Assembly (NCBI GenBank): GCA_050250895.1
Contig: JBFWNU010000001.1
Coordinates: 2,022,210-2,086,209, forward strand
Reading direction: 5' to 3'
Length of the DNA: 64,000 nt
DNA from: Vulcanimicrobiota bacterium
GTDB lineage: Bacteria > Vulcanimicrobiota > Xenobia > Xenobiales > JADMJV01
The translations under genes were made by a program, and so were the position numbers. Below, in pieces: positions 1 through 9,782 of this stretch. The notes under the pieces were generated by a model. The model ran no database searches. It was not told where the DNA came from and worked only from the letters and a program-made list of their open reading frames with translations. Position 1 is the first letter of the stretch; each line of letters opens with the position of its first letter.

Positions 1-219
1 AGCCGGTGACCACCTTGCCCACCTCGCCCAGGGCCCCGTCGATGGCCGGGTTCTCGTCGTAACCTCGATAGCGGTCAACCACCCAGGCCACCGTCTGCAG
101 TTGCTTGTCTCCATTGTCGTCGAGCGGCTTGGGCTTGAGTTCGCCCACCTGTTCGTGGCGAGCCAGCCGCTCGAGGGTCGGGCGGGCGAAAGCCGGCAGG
201 GTGTTGACAATGTCCATGA
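1..219 (-). CDS. hypothetical protein, 5' part only (N-terminus MDIVNTLPAFARPTLERLARHEQVGEL...). The gene continues beyond the window start.
   Basis: ATG at 219..217 on the minus strand. The open frame reads through to position 1 with protein-like composition. I recognise no domain. Confidence 0.4.
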
Positions 220-326
220 GATGAGAATAACCTTCCTCCGAGCTTGGTATATCAATAGAAAGTTAAAGCTCGACGAAACCCTGGCGGAGGTGACCGGTCA
301 AACCTTGCCAGAGGTGGGAGGTAAAA

Positions 327-815
327 ATGTTCAAGCGTGCAGTCATTCTGAGCTGTCTGACCCTGTTGGCCCTGGCCCCGGTGTTGGCCCAGGGGGCCTG
401 GACGGCGGCGCCGGGCCAGGGGGTCGGTCCCCTCAAGCTAGCCATGTCGGTCAACGAAGTCAACAACCTGTTGGCGCCTACCGAGGTCATCGGCTCGACC
501 CGCAACCCCCGCTACATCCGCTACGGAGACTTTCTGGTAGAGTTCGCCGCCGCCAAGGCGGTGATGTATAGCTGGCAGTCCAACTCGATCAAAACCAAAT
601 CGGGGGCCGTCAATCTGCAGCTCAATGCCGGCATCGGCGTGGGCACCCCTTTCAACATGGTCGAGACCACCTATGGCCGCAACTATATCTCTAACGACCT
701 CAAGACCGCCAAGGGAGCGCCCCGCGAGACCTATTACGCCTACACGGCGCTGGGACTGGGCTTTCGCACCAAGGCCGGGCGGGTGGCCCAGGTCGATATT
801 TGGCCGGCCAAATAG
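327..815 (+). CDS. small secreted protein (signal peptide MFKRAVILSCLTLLALAPVLAQG), function unknown
   Basis: ATG preceded by a GGGAGG Shine-Dalgarno sequence. N-terminal signal peptide present. Its 3' end overlaps the convergent YfhO-like gene by ~76 nt. Confidence 0.55.
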   Translation: MFKRAVILSCLTLLALAPVLAQGAWTAAPGQGVGPLKLAMSVNEVNNLLAPTEVIGSTRNPRYIRYGDFLVEFAAAKAVMYSWQSNSIKTKSGAVNLQLNAGIGVGTPFNMVETTYGRNYISNDLKTAKGAPRETYYAYTALGLGFRTKAGRVAQVDIWPAK

Positions 816-2920
816 CCAGCCAGGGCTAGCCAGGCCAATCCGCTGAGCATGAGCGCCAGGCCAAACCCGGCGGGTTGAAAGCGGAAGGTGACTTCGTGCT
901 GGCCGGCCGGCACGGCCACGGCCCGGAAGGCGAAGTCGGCCCGCAGCACCGGGGCGGGTTGGCCGTCGACGGTGGCCTGCCAGTCGGGATGCCAGTTGTC
1001 GCTCACCACCAGATAGCCTTCGGCCGGTGCTTGCACGCGCAGACGCTGGCTCAGTTCGCCGTCTTCCAGCCATTCGACCGTGCCGGTCTCGCCGCTGGTA
1101 TTGGCATTCTGGCCATCGGCCAGCAGCACCTGGGTGGCGGGGTCGTGGTCGGGGTCGGCCAGCAGGGCCAACTGATCGGGCAGCGGAGCGCTGCGGTGGC
1201 CGGTGATCAGACGCGCCCGTGGCAGCGGGTCGGGCAGGGCATAGACCAGCAGGGGCGGCAGTTCGGGGTGGACCTGATGGACCTGGGGGGACGGCAAGTC
1301 GCCGGTCAGGGGCAAGAACGACACGATGCGAGTGACCGCTTCGGCCCGCATCAGGCGCTGGGCCGCCTCGGACACCACGGCTTGTTCGCCTTGAGAAGAG
1401 ACCCCCTGGCGAATGGCTCGTTGGAGAGCTGCCTGGGGGGCCAGGACGAGCCCGCCCTCCAGGATGGCCTTGTCGGTGGTCACTTTGGCGCCATAGAGGG
1501 CGCTCGAGTCGGGGGCTAGCGAGGCGCGCACGGCCCGCAGATAGTCGGGGCGACCGCGCCAGCCACCGGCCTTGAGATAGGCCAGTTGCCAGGTTTGCTC
1601 GGCCGTGGGGTGGGCCAGACGGTCCTGGGGGGCCAGGGCGATCGGGGTGGCCGGGGTGAGCCAATCGGCCTCGACAAAGACGTTGTAGGAGCGGTGCAGG
1701 TGGTAAAGGTCGCCCACCGTGAACAAAAGCAGCAGCAAGGCGACTCGAGTCGGAACTTTTTGGGCTCCCAGGCCGGCCAGCAGCGCCAGGGCGAGGGTGA
1801 GGGGGCCCACGAATCGCGAGGCCAGACGAAAAAGCGAAAAGCCGGGCACCAGCTTGTAAACCAGCCAGTAGAGCCCGCCGTAACGACCCAGGGCCAGTAG
1901 TAGCAGGACCAGGGCCAGTCCGGCCATTGAAGCCAGCTGGCGCTTGTCCTCAAAGCGAGGCGAGAGAAAGACCAGCAGCAGGGGAGCCAGACCGATGTAG
2001 CAGAGGTTCTCCCAGAAGAGTCCATGCTCGGCCAGGCCTTCGAGCGGCCAGCTGGCGGTGGCCGGGTTGCCTCGCCAGAAGGGATAGAGCAGGTAGCCCG
2101 GCAGGTCGGCCGGATTGAGGGGAAAGTCGGTCGCCGCTTGCCACGACAGGGCCTGGCCGCGCTCGACCTGCCCCACCAGGCGCCAGGTGGGCTGCAGTTG
2201 GGCGGCGGCCAGCAAGAGGGCGGCCAGGCCGGCCAGACTGAAGAGACCGAAGGCTCGGGCCAGGGTGGGCAGGTCGAGGCCCAGGGCTATGGCCCGGGCC
2301 AGGGCATAGAGCAGCGAGGCCAACAGGCAGATACAGGTCATGTGGGGGTGGCCGGCCAGCAGTTGCAGGGCCCAGACCGCGGCCGCGGCCAGCAACCAGC
2401 GAGGATGGCGGTCGGCCAGCCAGCTCTCGATGCAGTAGAGCGACAGCGGCAGCCAGGCGGACACCTGGATCATGTTGAGATGCTTGAGGCGAATCAGCAA
2501 GGTCGGCCCCAGTCCGAAGGCTACCGCCGAGATGGCCGCGGCCGGGGGGTCAAGAGTCAGGCGGCGAGCTAGCAGATAGGTGGAGAACAGGGCCAGCCAG
2601 ACGGTGAACATGATGGCCAGGTTGGTGGCCGGGCCTGGCGGCAGGGCGAGGTAGACCAGGTTGGGCGGATAGAAGGGTCCGGACTGGCCCTCGGCCAGCA
2701 AGGGAAAGCCGTTGCCCAGCAGCGAGGTCCAGTGCGGCAGGTGGCCCTGGCGGTAGGCATCGGCCACCAGGGCCCGGCGGGGCAGGTTGAGGTCGAAGAG
2801 ATCCGAGCCAGTCAGGTCGCCGCTATAGACCAGCTTGCCCAGCAGAGCGGGAAAGAAGAAGAAGACCACCAGCGCCAGTGCCCCTAGAGCGGCCAGGGCA
2901 AACTCGCGGCGGGTGGGCAT
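740..2920 (-). CDS. YfhO-family polytopic membrane protein (glycosyltransferase-like, many TM helices)
   Basis: 726-aa ORF. The N-terminal motif ...GDLTGSDLFDLNLPRRALVADAYRQGHLPHWTSLLGNGFPLLAEGQSGPFYPPN is typical of YfhO. It is followed by more than 10 hydrophobic segments. Confidence 0.7.
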   Translation of the reverse strand: MPTRREFALAALGALALVVFFFFPALLGKLVYSGDLTGSDLFDLNLPRRALVADAYRQGHLPHWTSLLGNGFPLLAEGQSGPFYPPNLVYLALPPGPATNLAIMFTVWLALFSTYLLARRLTLDPPAAAISAVAFGLGPTLLIRLKHLNMIQVSAWLPLSLYCIESWLADRHPRWLLAAAAVWALQLLAGHPHMTCICLLASLLYALARAIALGLDLPTLARAFGLFSLAGLAALLLAAAQLQPTWRLVGQVERGQALSWQAATDFPLNPADLPGYLLYPFWRGNPATASWPLEGLAEHGLFWENLCYIGLAPLLLVFLSPRFEDKRQLASMAGLALVLLLLALGRYGGLYWLVYKLVPGFSLFRLASRFVGPLTLALALLAGLGAQKVPTRVALLLLLFTVGDLYHLHRSYNVFVEADWLTPATPIALAPQDRLAHPTAEQTWQLAYLKAGGWRGRPDYLRAVRASLAPDSSALYGAKVTTDKAILEGGLVLAPQAALQRAIRQGVSSQGEQAVVSEAAQRLMRAEAVTRIVSFLPLTGDLPSPQVHQVHPELPPLLVYALPDPLPRARLITGHRSAPLPDQLALLADPDHDPATQVLLADGQNANTSGETGTVEWLEDGELSQRLRVQAPAEGYLVVSDNWHPDWQATVDGQPAPVLRADFAFRAVAVPAGQHEVTFRFQPAGFGLALMLSGLAWLALAGYLAGQISTWATRPALVRKPSPSAV

Positions 2921-2996
2921 GGGCGCTCGGTTTGCTCAGGTCGGTGGAGATCCCTGCGCGACAGGACAAAGGCCCCATCGCGAGTAAGGGGCTCCA

Positions 2997-3899
2997 ATGC
3001 GAGCTTTATTGAGCGTTCTGCTAGTTTTGACGATGGCCGGTCCGGGGCTGGCCGAAGGCAACGGTCCCCATCTGATGGACGTGACCGAGAAGCTGCTGCG
3101 GGTCACACCCGAGGCCGATTGGGCCCCCCAGGCTGGCTGGCACTGCTGGGGATTGCGTCCTGGCGACAAGCTCAGAACGGTGATCTATGACTCGCGCGGT
3201 GCGGTTGCCTCAGCCGTCTGGGAGTTTCAACCGGGGGGAGCCAACGGCTGGTCCGAGGTGACCAAAATGGTCAGCCGCACCCCGGGCCACAAGCCCAATT
3301 GGGTCCAGGGCCGGCACTTTTTTGCCATCGAGGTCAATGGAGAGTGGTCTTGGGGTTGCGATTTTCGCTTTTGCGAGGTCGACTATCTGGGCCAGAAGCA
3401 CCTGCTGCCCAGTGGCCCCTGGCGCGAGCTAGCCTATGCCCTGGTCGACGACGGACTGATGCTCTGCTATTGGCTCGAAGGCCCCACTTCCTTGCGCTGG
3501 TATCCTCCTGATAGCTTCGAGGTGCCGCTGATGCTCAGCTCGGAAGTGCGCCGGCGGGGCGAGACCCTGTTCCGCAAAGAGCGATTGAGCCAACTGGTCC
3601 TAAAGCCGGGCGAGACGGTGGCCGGGGCGTTGCGGGTGGCTTCGGCCGAAGAACTCCGTGGGCTGGGCGATGGCGACTACGAGCTGGTCTTGCTGGCCCA
3701 GACCGAGCACGGCGGACCCTGGCCGGTGGTGCGGTTGAGCCTTCCTTTGAAAGGTGGCAAAGTGGTTCCTAACCCCGAGTTCTCGGGGCCACAGGTCGAC
3801 CCCCGCAAGTTCTACCCGAGTACCGATAGCTGGTTCGGGCCCAACCGTGAGTCGCTCGAGCAGATCCCGGATTACTACGTGCGGCGCAAGTCGAACTGA
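2997..3899 (+). CDS. secreted hypothetical protein (signal peptide MRALLSVLLVLTMAGPGLAEG)
   Basis: ATG start, signal peptide and non-repetitive composition. I recognise no domain. Confidence 0.6.
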   Translation: MRALLSVLLVLTMAGPGLAEGNGPHLMDVTEKLLRVTPEADWAPQAGWHCWGLRPGDKLRTVIYDSRGAVASAVWEFQPGGANGWSEVTKMVSRTPGHKPNWVQGRHFFAIEVNGEWSWGCDFRFCEVDYLGQKHLLPSGPWRELAYALVDDGLMLCYWLEGPTSLRWYPPDSFEVPLMLSSEVRRRGETLFRKERLSQLVLKPGETVAGALRVASAEELRGLGDGDYELVLLAQTEHGGPWPVVRLSLPLKGGKVVPNPEFSGPQVDPRKFYPSTDSWFGPNRESLEQIPDYYVRRKSN

Positions 3900-5230
3900 T
3901 CGGCCAGCTGCTGCTCGCTATAGCCGAGGTCTTTGCCTAGCTCTAAAAGGTAGTCCCGCTCGGGAGGCTCGATGTCGGCCTCGAAACTGGCCACCACGAG
4001 CATAAAATCGAAGAACGCTGCGCGTTTTTCGGGAGTATCGAACTCGGCTCGAAGCTGCCGGCGGGAGCGGGCCGGTGGCGGGTGGTCGGGGTCAGGCATC
4101 AACGACTTGAGACCGGCCTCTTCGAGCACCGTTCGCAGGCGTTTCTCTTCTTGGCGAGAGAAGCGTCCATCGACCGCCAGCAGATTCGCGAACTCGGCCA
4201 CCTGGGCCGGGCTGATGACCTCGGGCGGGGGCGCTTCGACTCGATTGGGAAAGAGCTTCTCGACCAGCTTGCGAAAGCGGGCCTGGAGCGGGTCGCTGAA
4301 GCGATCGATGGTCGCTGCCACCCGGGCCAGCTGGGGCTCGTATTGGTCGAGCTTGGCGTCGACCCTGGCCCGAAACCTGGGCGAAACCTGATAGCCCACC
4401 TTGACCAGGTTGGCGGCCACGGCCAGGGCGATGCCAGGGACGACGGCCACCCCGCTGGTGAAGGCCAGAGCCGTGCCCACCGCCGCCGCCATGTCGGCCA
4501 GGCCGTCCAGCTCTTTCTTGTTATCGGCGTTCTTCAGGCCCACCGAAAAGTCGTGCAAGCCTCGCCCCAGCTGCAGGGCGCCCGCGATGGGAGCAAAGAC
4601 GATTCCGATGGTGTGAAGAGCGGCCGCATGGTCTTTGAGCAGGCGGCCGAAGGTTCCCAGCGAGCGGGTGGCGTCCAGCACGCCTTGCAGCTGAAATCGA
4701 GCGTCGCGACGCAGAAAACCCTGAGTGGAGTTGACTCCTCCTCGAAAGACATTGAGGGCGGCTGCTAACGGAGCGGCCACATCGCGGGCCCCGGGCAGCC
4801 CGGCCACGGTGAAGGCGATGACCGCGGCCGTATTGAGGTCGACCAGACCTTCTAGCATTCTGCCACGATCTCGCTGGTTGCGCCCCGAGACCAGCTTCAT
4901 TCCACCGGCCAGACCCTGGACTCCGGCCGCTCCATAGCCGACAGCGGTGCCGATGGTCGAGGCCAGGTCGGTGAGACTGCTGCGGGCTCCGTCGTCGACC
5001 CGATCTTTGATAATGGGCAGATTCAAGAGTTGGCGGGGGATGTTCTGGACCTGTCTCCAGGCGCCTTTCATGCCGCCAGCCACGCTCTTGAACAGGTTGC
5101 CGACATCATGCAGCTGTTCCTGGTCCAGGCGCAGCAAGAGATCACCCACCTCCGAGCCCCAGGCCGCGCTGGAGTTCTTGCGGGGTGGGGTGCGTTCGCC
5201 AGGCGGGACTTTGGCCGAACTGACTTTCAC
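3875..5230 (-). CDS. hypothetical protein with a TerB-like C-terminal domain (...FDFMLVVASFEADIEPPERDYLLELGKDLGYSEQQLADQF)
   Basis: 451-aa ORF with a GTG start at 5230. The start is uncertain and could be an internal ATG. The C-terminal domain resembles TerB/DnaJ-like co-chaperone domains. Confidence 0.45.
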   Translation of the reverse strand: MKVSSAKVPPGERTPPRKNSSAAWGSEVGDLLLRLDQEQLHDVGNLFKSVAGGMKGAWRQVQNIPRQLLNLPIIKDRVDDGARSSLTDLASTIGTAVGYGAAGVQGLAGGMKLVSGRNQRDRGRMLEGLVDLNTAAVIAFTVAGLPGARDVAAPLAAALNVFRGGVNSTQGFLRRDARFQLQGVLDATRSLGTFGRLLKDHAAALHTIGIVFAPIAGALQLGRGLHDFSVGLKNADNKKELDGLADMAAAVGTALAFTSGVAVVPGIALAVAANLVKVGYQVSPRFRARVDAKLDQYEPQLARVAATIDRFSDPLQARFRKLVEKLFPNRVEAPPPEVISPAQVAEFANLLAVDGRFSRQEEKRLRTVLEEAGLKSLMPDPDHPPPARSRRQLRAEFDTPEKRAAFFDFMLVVASFEADIEPPERDYLLELGKDLGYSEQQLADQFDLRRT

Positions 5231-5328
5231 CTCGCCTGCAGTCTAGCAGTGCAAGCCCGGTCAGAAACTGGACAGCTCCCCGCGATGTTAACGGAAGGTT
5301 GCGAACTTTCGACCTCGAAAGCCGCGGG

Positions 5329-6372
5329 GTGCGCATCATAACCATCTTTTTGCTCTTCCTTCTGAGCGGTGCGGCCCTGGCCGAACCTCAGGTTTACACG
5401 CGAGAGATCATCACCGGCACCTATAAAATCGACAAGATTTACCGGTCTATGATGGGTCCCTATGGCACCGAGTCGCTCAAGATTCGTGATGGTGACCGCG
5501 AACTGCTGTGGATCGTGGGTTACGAGGCCGAGGTCATCGACGGCAAAGAAGACAAAGTGATCTCGCAAGAGTTCATGTGCCACTCCAACCTCGACTACAA
5601 GCCCGAAAGCTATGGCAAGATCAACAACCACATCCCCTGGGACGGCCGTTTCTTCACTCTCTCGCAGGGCATGCAGAACGTTCGCTTTCCGGCCGGTTGC
5701 GGCATCCCGATCTACTCCAATGAAGAGATCGACCTCAACACTCAGGTCTTGAACCTCAACGACCCCCATGCCGATCGCCGCGTCCGTTACCGGGTCCAGA
5801 TTCACTACCTGCGCGACCAGGAACTCGACCACAAGATGGTGGCGCTGCGCCAGTTCGGGGTCCAGGGTCTCAAGTCGCTGACCGGAAAGACCGCCTACTG
5901 GAATCAGAAGAACGCGGACGAGAAACACCACGGCCCCGGTTGCGCCGTGGGCTCGAAGGCTGTCAAAGACACCTTTCAGTATGAGGACAGCTTAGGCCAG
6001 AAATTCACTGCTCACTGGGTCGTGCCCCCGGGACGCGACACCAACAGCACGCTGGTGACTCGCTATCTAGGTCTTACCGAGGATGTGCGCGTCTATTACA
6101 TCGCCGTCCATTTACATCCTTACGCCGAGTCCCTCGAGCTCAAGGACCTGACCACCGGCAAGACGATTTTCAAGAGTCTGGTCACTCCCGCCAAAGGTCG
6201 TATCGGCATCGAGAAAATTGAGGATTACTCCGATCCCAAGGGCATGATGCTCTACAAAGACCACGAGTACGAACTGGTCAGTGTTTACAACAACACGACC
6301 GACCACGACGTCGATTCGATGGCCGTGCTCTATCTCTACTCGGGTTTCGACTTTAAACCGAAGGAAAAGTAG
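5329..6372 (+). CDS. secreted hypothetical protein (His/Cys-containing, ~348 aa)
   Basis: The ORF track opens this ORF at TTG 5299. An in-frame GTG at 5329 gives a clean signal peptide, MRIITIFLLFLLSGAALA/EP. The gene is co-directional with the next gene and 3 nt from it. Confidence 0.55.
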   Translation: MRIITIFLLFLLSGAALAEPQVYTREIITGTYKIDKIYRSMMGPYGTESLKIRDGDRELLWIVGYEAEVIDGKEDKVISQEFMCHSNLDYKPESYGKINNHIPWDGRFFTLSQGMQNVRFPAGCGIPIYSNEEIDLNTQVLNLNDPHADRRVRYRVQIHYLRDQELDHKMVALRQFGVQGLKSLTGKTAYWNQKNADEKHHGPGCAVGSKAVKDTFQYEDSLGQKFTAHWVVPPGRDTNSTLVTRYLGLTEDVRVYYIAVHLHPYAESLELKDLTTGKTIFKSLVTPAKGRIGIEKIEDYSDPKGMMLYKDHEYELVSVYNNTTDHDVDSMAVLYLYSGFDFKPKEK

Positions 6373-6375
6373 CTG

Positions 6376-6888
6376 ATGGGTACCGACCGCCTCACCTCGA
6401 TGCTCGACGACGAGTATCTCGAAGACCCGCTCGAGATCGAGTTGGCCAGGGCCGAGCGTTATGGTCGACACATCGGTTTCATCTTGCTGGAGCCAGACTT
6501 CGGAGATCTGACCTCGACCATGGTGTACCAGGCTTTGAAGTATCTGGCCGCCGTCTGCCGCGAGCACACCCGCAAGGTGGATATCAAGGTGCGTTGGGGC
6601 AACTCGATCCTGATCGTCTTGCCCGAGACCGCTTCTGAGGGCCTCGAGGTGGCTGTCAAGAAGCTGACCGACGCCTTTTCCAGACAGAGCTTCGACCATC
6701 CCACCAATGGTCAACAGGTGGCCGGGCATCTGGCCGTAGCCAAAGCCGTCTTTCCTGGTTTCGAGAAGTCACCCGAAGTGAGCGAGCAACTCGGCCTCCG
6801 GCGCGGGTTGTTGCATTGTCTACGCCTGCAGCTTTCCCAGGAGCGGACGGGTACCGAAGTGGGTGAGTCGACCCCACCATCCGCTTAG
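6376..6888 (+). CDS. degenerate GGDEF-like (diguanylate-cyclase fold) domain protein. The catalytic GG(D/E)EF motif is replaced by RWGNS.
   Basis: ELARAERYGRHIGFILLEPD...VRWGNSILIVLPET aligns to the GGDEF pattern RYGRxFSLLMLDIDHF...RYGGEEFVVLLPET. An ATG start follows a Shine-Dalgarno sequence immediately after the stop of the upstream gene. Confidence 0.5.
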   Translation: MGTDRLTSMLDDEYLEDPLEIELARAERYGRHIGFILLEPDFGDLTSTMVYQALKYLAAVCREHTRKVDIKVRWGNSILIVLPETASEGLEVAVKKLTDAFSRQSFDHPTNGQQVAGHLAVAKAVFPGFEKSPEVSEQLGLRRGLLHCLRLQLSQERTGTEVGESTPPSA

Positions 6889-7290
6889 ACCTCCGGTCCC
6901 AACGTTGAGAGGGCGACCCTGGTAGTGAGCGCTGAATACCCGCATGACGTAGCGCTCGTCCCACTGGTGGATGGCCGCCTCGGTCTTGCCTTCTTTAGCC
7001 AGGTGCAGCGTCTTGCCATAGCAGGCCAGAAAACGACCCATCACCGGCATCGAGCCGCGGGGCAACAGGATCAGGTCGCCAAGGTTCAGGTGCTCGGGTT
7101 CGACCGGCTCGAGGTGCAGCTCGGACCCCACCGGCACGCAGCTGGGCATCTCTGAATAGTCGATCCTGAGGCGAGGCCTATAGTCCTGAGGGCTCGGGCG
7201 CCGTTTCTTGGGGGTCGGGGCCGGCTGCGGTTCGTCGCCCCAGAGTTCGGCCGCCTCGTCCTGTAGTTCGTGCCAGTCGAACTCACTCAT
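6820..7290 (-). CDS. hypothetical protein (MSEFDWHELQDEAAELWGDEPQP...)
   Basis: The ATG at 7290 overlaps the stop of the upstream lipoprotein gene (ATGAGTGA), indicating translational coupling. The ORF-track N-terminal extension to 7536 is Pro/Arg-rich and is probably not coding. The 3' end overlaps the convergent GGDEF-like gene by 69 nt. Confidence 0.45.
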   Translation of the reverse strand: MSEFDWHELQDEAAELWGDEPQPAPTPKKRRPSPQDYRPRLRIDYSEMPSCVPVGSELHLEPVEPEHLNLGDLILLPRGSMPVMGRFLACYGKTLHLAKEGKTEAAIHQWDERYVMRVFSAHYQGRPLNVGTGGLSGWWGRLTHFGTRPLLGKLQA

Positions 7291-7579
7291 GGTCGGTGGG
7301 CACGCTTTCGCTATCGTCGAGAAAGACCGGGGCGCCGTTGTTGAGATGGGAGTGTTCGCTGTGTCCCTGAGGCTCGAGGCGACCGCGCCAGCGGGCCGTC
7401 TCGGCCTCGGTCGGGCCGTTCTGCCAGACGCGTTCCAGGCCCGGCTCGACATGCAACTGGGGAGGGGAGAATACCTGTTGTTGAACGGGGACAATGGGGG
7501 CGGCCGGCCGGGGAGCGGTGCTCGGCGGGCCGGCACAACCGACCGTGGCCAGGATTAGCAACAGCCAAAATCTTCTCAC
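7283..7579 (-). CDS. small lipoprotein (MRRFWLLLILATVGCAGPPS...)
   Basis: Signal peptide with an LxGC-type lipobox. The gene is co-operonic with the downstream gene 6820..7290. Confidence 0.5.
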   Translation of the reverse strand: MRRFWLLLILATVGCAGPPSTAPRPAAPIVPVQQQVFSPPQLHVEPGLERVWQNGPTEAETARWRGRLEPQGHSEHSHLNNGAPVFLDDSESVPTDHE

Positions 7580-7609
7580 CTCTGCCTTATCGGCTCGTGG
7601 ACGAGAGTG

Positions 7610-8269
7610 TTAAGGCCGCGTCCGGGTGGCCGCGAACAGGTGTCCCGGACTCCCTTTGGGGGTCTTGCCGGCCCACAGCAGATCCTGGTCGAGTTCGAGG
7701 GCCGGTAGGCTGCGCAGCACATCCATGGCAGTCAGGTTCTCGCCTAGCACCAGGCCTTGCTCGATGACTCGCCCGAAGATGGCGCCTCCGCTCTGGCGCA
7801 GGTGGGGGTTGTCGGCCATGTTGATAAAGAGCTGGGTGGCCGCTCGCCGCTCCCCGTCTTCGGCCATGGCGATGGTGCCGGCCAGGGGCTCGAAGTAGTT
7901 GGGCTCGGCCTCGATGGTCTCGTTCTTCCAGTGGCGAAATTTGGGGTCGGGGTTGATGCCGAACTGGACCACGAAGTCGGGGACCACCCGCACCATGGTG
8001 GTGTCGTTGTAATAGCCCGAATCGACCAGTTCGAGAAAGCGAGCCACATGGCGCGGGGCGGCCACAGGATACAACGCAAGCGAAACCAAGCCGTGGCTGG
8101 TGGTCAGGTGGACCACGACCACCTCGCTCAACTCGGGAGCTTCGACCCCGACCAGGGCCTGCAGAGGCCCCTCTTTCGGGGGGGGCGGCGGCGCTTGGGG
8201 CGCCAGAAACCAGGCCGCCAATCCCACCACCATCACCAGCAGGGCCAGTTCTAGCAGGCGTCGGGTCAT
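7610..8269 (-). CDS. peptidyl-prolyl cis-trans isomerase, cyclophilin type, with an N-terminal TM or signal anchor
   Basis: Cyclophilin motifs are present: FHRVVPDFVVQFG, NMADNPHL, GGAIFGRVIEQGL. The real start is the ATG at 8269 (MTRRLLELALLV). It overlaps the upstream aldo/keto reductase stop as ATGA. Confidence 0.85.
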   Translation of the reverse strand: MTRRLLELALLVMVVGLAAWFLAPQAPPPPPKEGPLQALVGVEAPELSEVVVVHLTTSHGLVSLALYPVAAPRHVARFLELVDSGYYNDTTMVRVVPDFVVQFGINPDPKFRHWKNETIEAEPNYFEPLAGTIAMAEDGERRAATQLFINMADNPHLRQSGGAIFGRVIEQGLVLGENLTAMDVLRSLPALELDQDLLWAGKTPKGSPGHLFAATRTRP

Positions 8270-9729
8270 TGGTAGACGCTCGAGGTCGCGTCCAGGACCT
8301 TTTCGGGATCGGGATGGGCCGTCCACTCGAGCACAGCCGCCGAGTCCTCGACGTAGTCGCGCCGGCGCATTCCGTTGAGCACCACGCTGACGCCCGCGGG
8401 GCTGCCGGCCAGCCACAGGGCTTTGCGCGACAGGGTCTCGTGGCGGCGCTGCTCGGGAATGCGCGGGTCGAGCGTCTGGCCCACCTTTTGGCTGTGCTCG
8501 TGACTCAAGCGGGTGGCCCGCTCTTCAATCGCGTTAGAGACTCCGCGGAAGGCGTCGGTGTAGTCCTTCTTCCAATCGAGCCATTGGTCCAGAAAGCCCG
8601 TGTGGGCGGCTGCTTCGACCGCCTCGAGCATGGCCGCCAGGTGGGGTCGGATCCGGATCTCTTCAAGGGTAAGCCAGTGGTCTAAACCCTGCAAATGATT
8701 GGGAGCGTCCTGGAGAAAGGGGGCCCAGCGAAACAGCTGATCCACGTTAGGTCCGGCCAGGTTGGGTAGAAACTCCTGGCGGAACCTCTCTTCCTGGCGT
8801 TCTAGCTCAGCCAGGGCGGCGGCCAGATCCTCTTCTTCCTCGTCGAGTTCGAAGTCGGCCAACCGAATCAGGTTGCCCGAGCCGTAGGCGTTGAGAGGGC
8901 GATTGACCATCACGCCGAGGTTGGCGGCCCGGGCGGTCTCGAGCACAGCGGGCACCCCTTCCCACTCGAGCAGGTTGAGGGGCAATTGGATCACGCCAAA
9001 ATGGTGGTCTTTGCCGCCGGCCCGCTCGGCCGCTTCGAGGAAGGCCTCGAGCTGGGTGCTTTCGGGGTGGTCAACCGGCATGACCAGGTTGTTCGACGAG
9101 ACCCCATAGCTGCCGATGCGACCGGCCTTGACCTGCGCTTCGAAATAGGCGAAGGCGCGCTCGACCCGGTCGTAAAACTCCTGGCGTGACTTCTCCAGGT
9201 CCGCCTGGCGCTCGGCCGCTTCCATCAAGAAATACTCGGGATTGTGCAGCAGGCAGACGTCGAGGGTGGCCAATCCAAGGCGCTCGAGCGAAAGCTGCAA
9301 CTGGTGCTCGAGAAACTCGGGGTGGATGCAATGCCACAGGCCCGGGGTCAGGCGCACCATCTCGGGGATGGGGTTTTCTTCGTTGTCGCGGGCCCAGGCA
9401 TACTCGAAGTTCTGGCCTTGCACATATCCGATCTTCGAGACGACGATCACCTGCTCGCGCTGCAAGCGGTCGTTTTCGACGAGACGCGCCAGGACCTCGC
9501 CGACGGCGCTCTCGCTCTCGCCATCGGTGTAGTTGGTCGAGGTGTCGATGAGATTCACGCCGCGATCGAGCGCAATCTCGATAGCCTCGCGATGGTTGGG
9601 GTTTTCGAAGTCGATGCGGTAACAACCGAAGCCCAGGCGCGAGCAGCCCAGCCCCGTCTTGCCCAGTCGGTTCGGTTGATGAGAAGTGGCTTCGGGCGTG
9701 GCCCGGCCGGCGATGATGGTCTTGGTCAT
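8266..9729 (-). CDS. aldo/keto reductase family oxidoreductase with a long C-terminal extension (~487 aa)
   Basis: N-terminus NRLGKTGLGCSRLGFGCY..., DTSTNYTDGESE and IVVSKIGY are typical of aldo/keto reductases. ATG start at 9729. The ORF-track upstream extension is not used. Confidence 0.85.
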   Translation of the reverse strand: MTKTIIAGRATPEATSHQPNRLGKTGLGCSRLGFGCYRIDFENPNHREAIEIALDRGVNLIDTSTNYTDGESESAVGEVLARLVENDRLQREQVIVVSKIGYVQGQNFEYAWARDNEENPIPEMVRLTPGLWHCIHPEFLEHQLQLSLERLGLATLDVCLLHNPEYFLMEAAERQADLEKSRQEFYDRVERAFAYFEAQVKAGRIGSYGVSSNNLVMPVDHPESTQLEAFLEAAERAGGKDHHFGVIQLPLNLLEWEGVPAVLETARAANLGVMVNRPLNAYGSGNLIRLADFELDEEEEDLAAALAELERQEERFRQEFLPNLAGPNVDQLFRWAPFLQDAPNHLQGLDHWLTLEEIRIRPHLAAMLEAVEAAAHTGFLDQWLDWKKDYTDAFRGVSNAIEERATRLSHEHSQKVGQTLDPRIPEQRRHETLSRKALWLAGSPAGVSVVLNGMRRRDYVEDSAAVLEWTAHPDPEKVLDATSSVYQ

Positions 9730-9782
9730 TGCCGCCACTTTTCTGAGCCAGCAGGCCCGGCCCCTGGCATAATTGCAGAAAA

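Noticed and set aside
438-1664. 408-aa minus-strand ORF and the nested plus and minus ORFs at 875..2572
   Set aside because: The translations are extremely Pro/Arg/Gly/Ala-rich and have low complexity. They lie entirely inside the YfhO-like gene in other frames. They are typical long spurious ORFs of high-GC DNA.
5227-5931. 234-aa minus-strand ORF, with similar cases at 6112..6729, 9244..9900, 18307..18954, 21424..22269, 22985..23722, 27276..28439, 51315..52424 and 52843..53886
   Set aside because: Each lies antisense within a gene that has clear domain signatures on the opposite strand.
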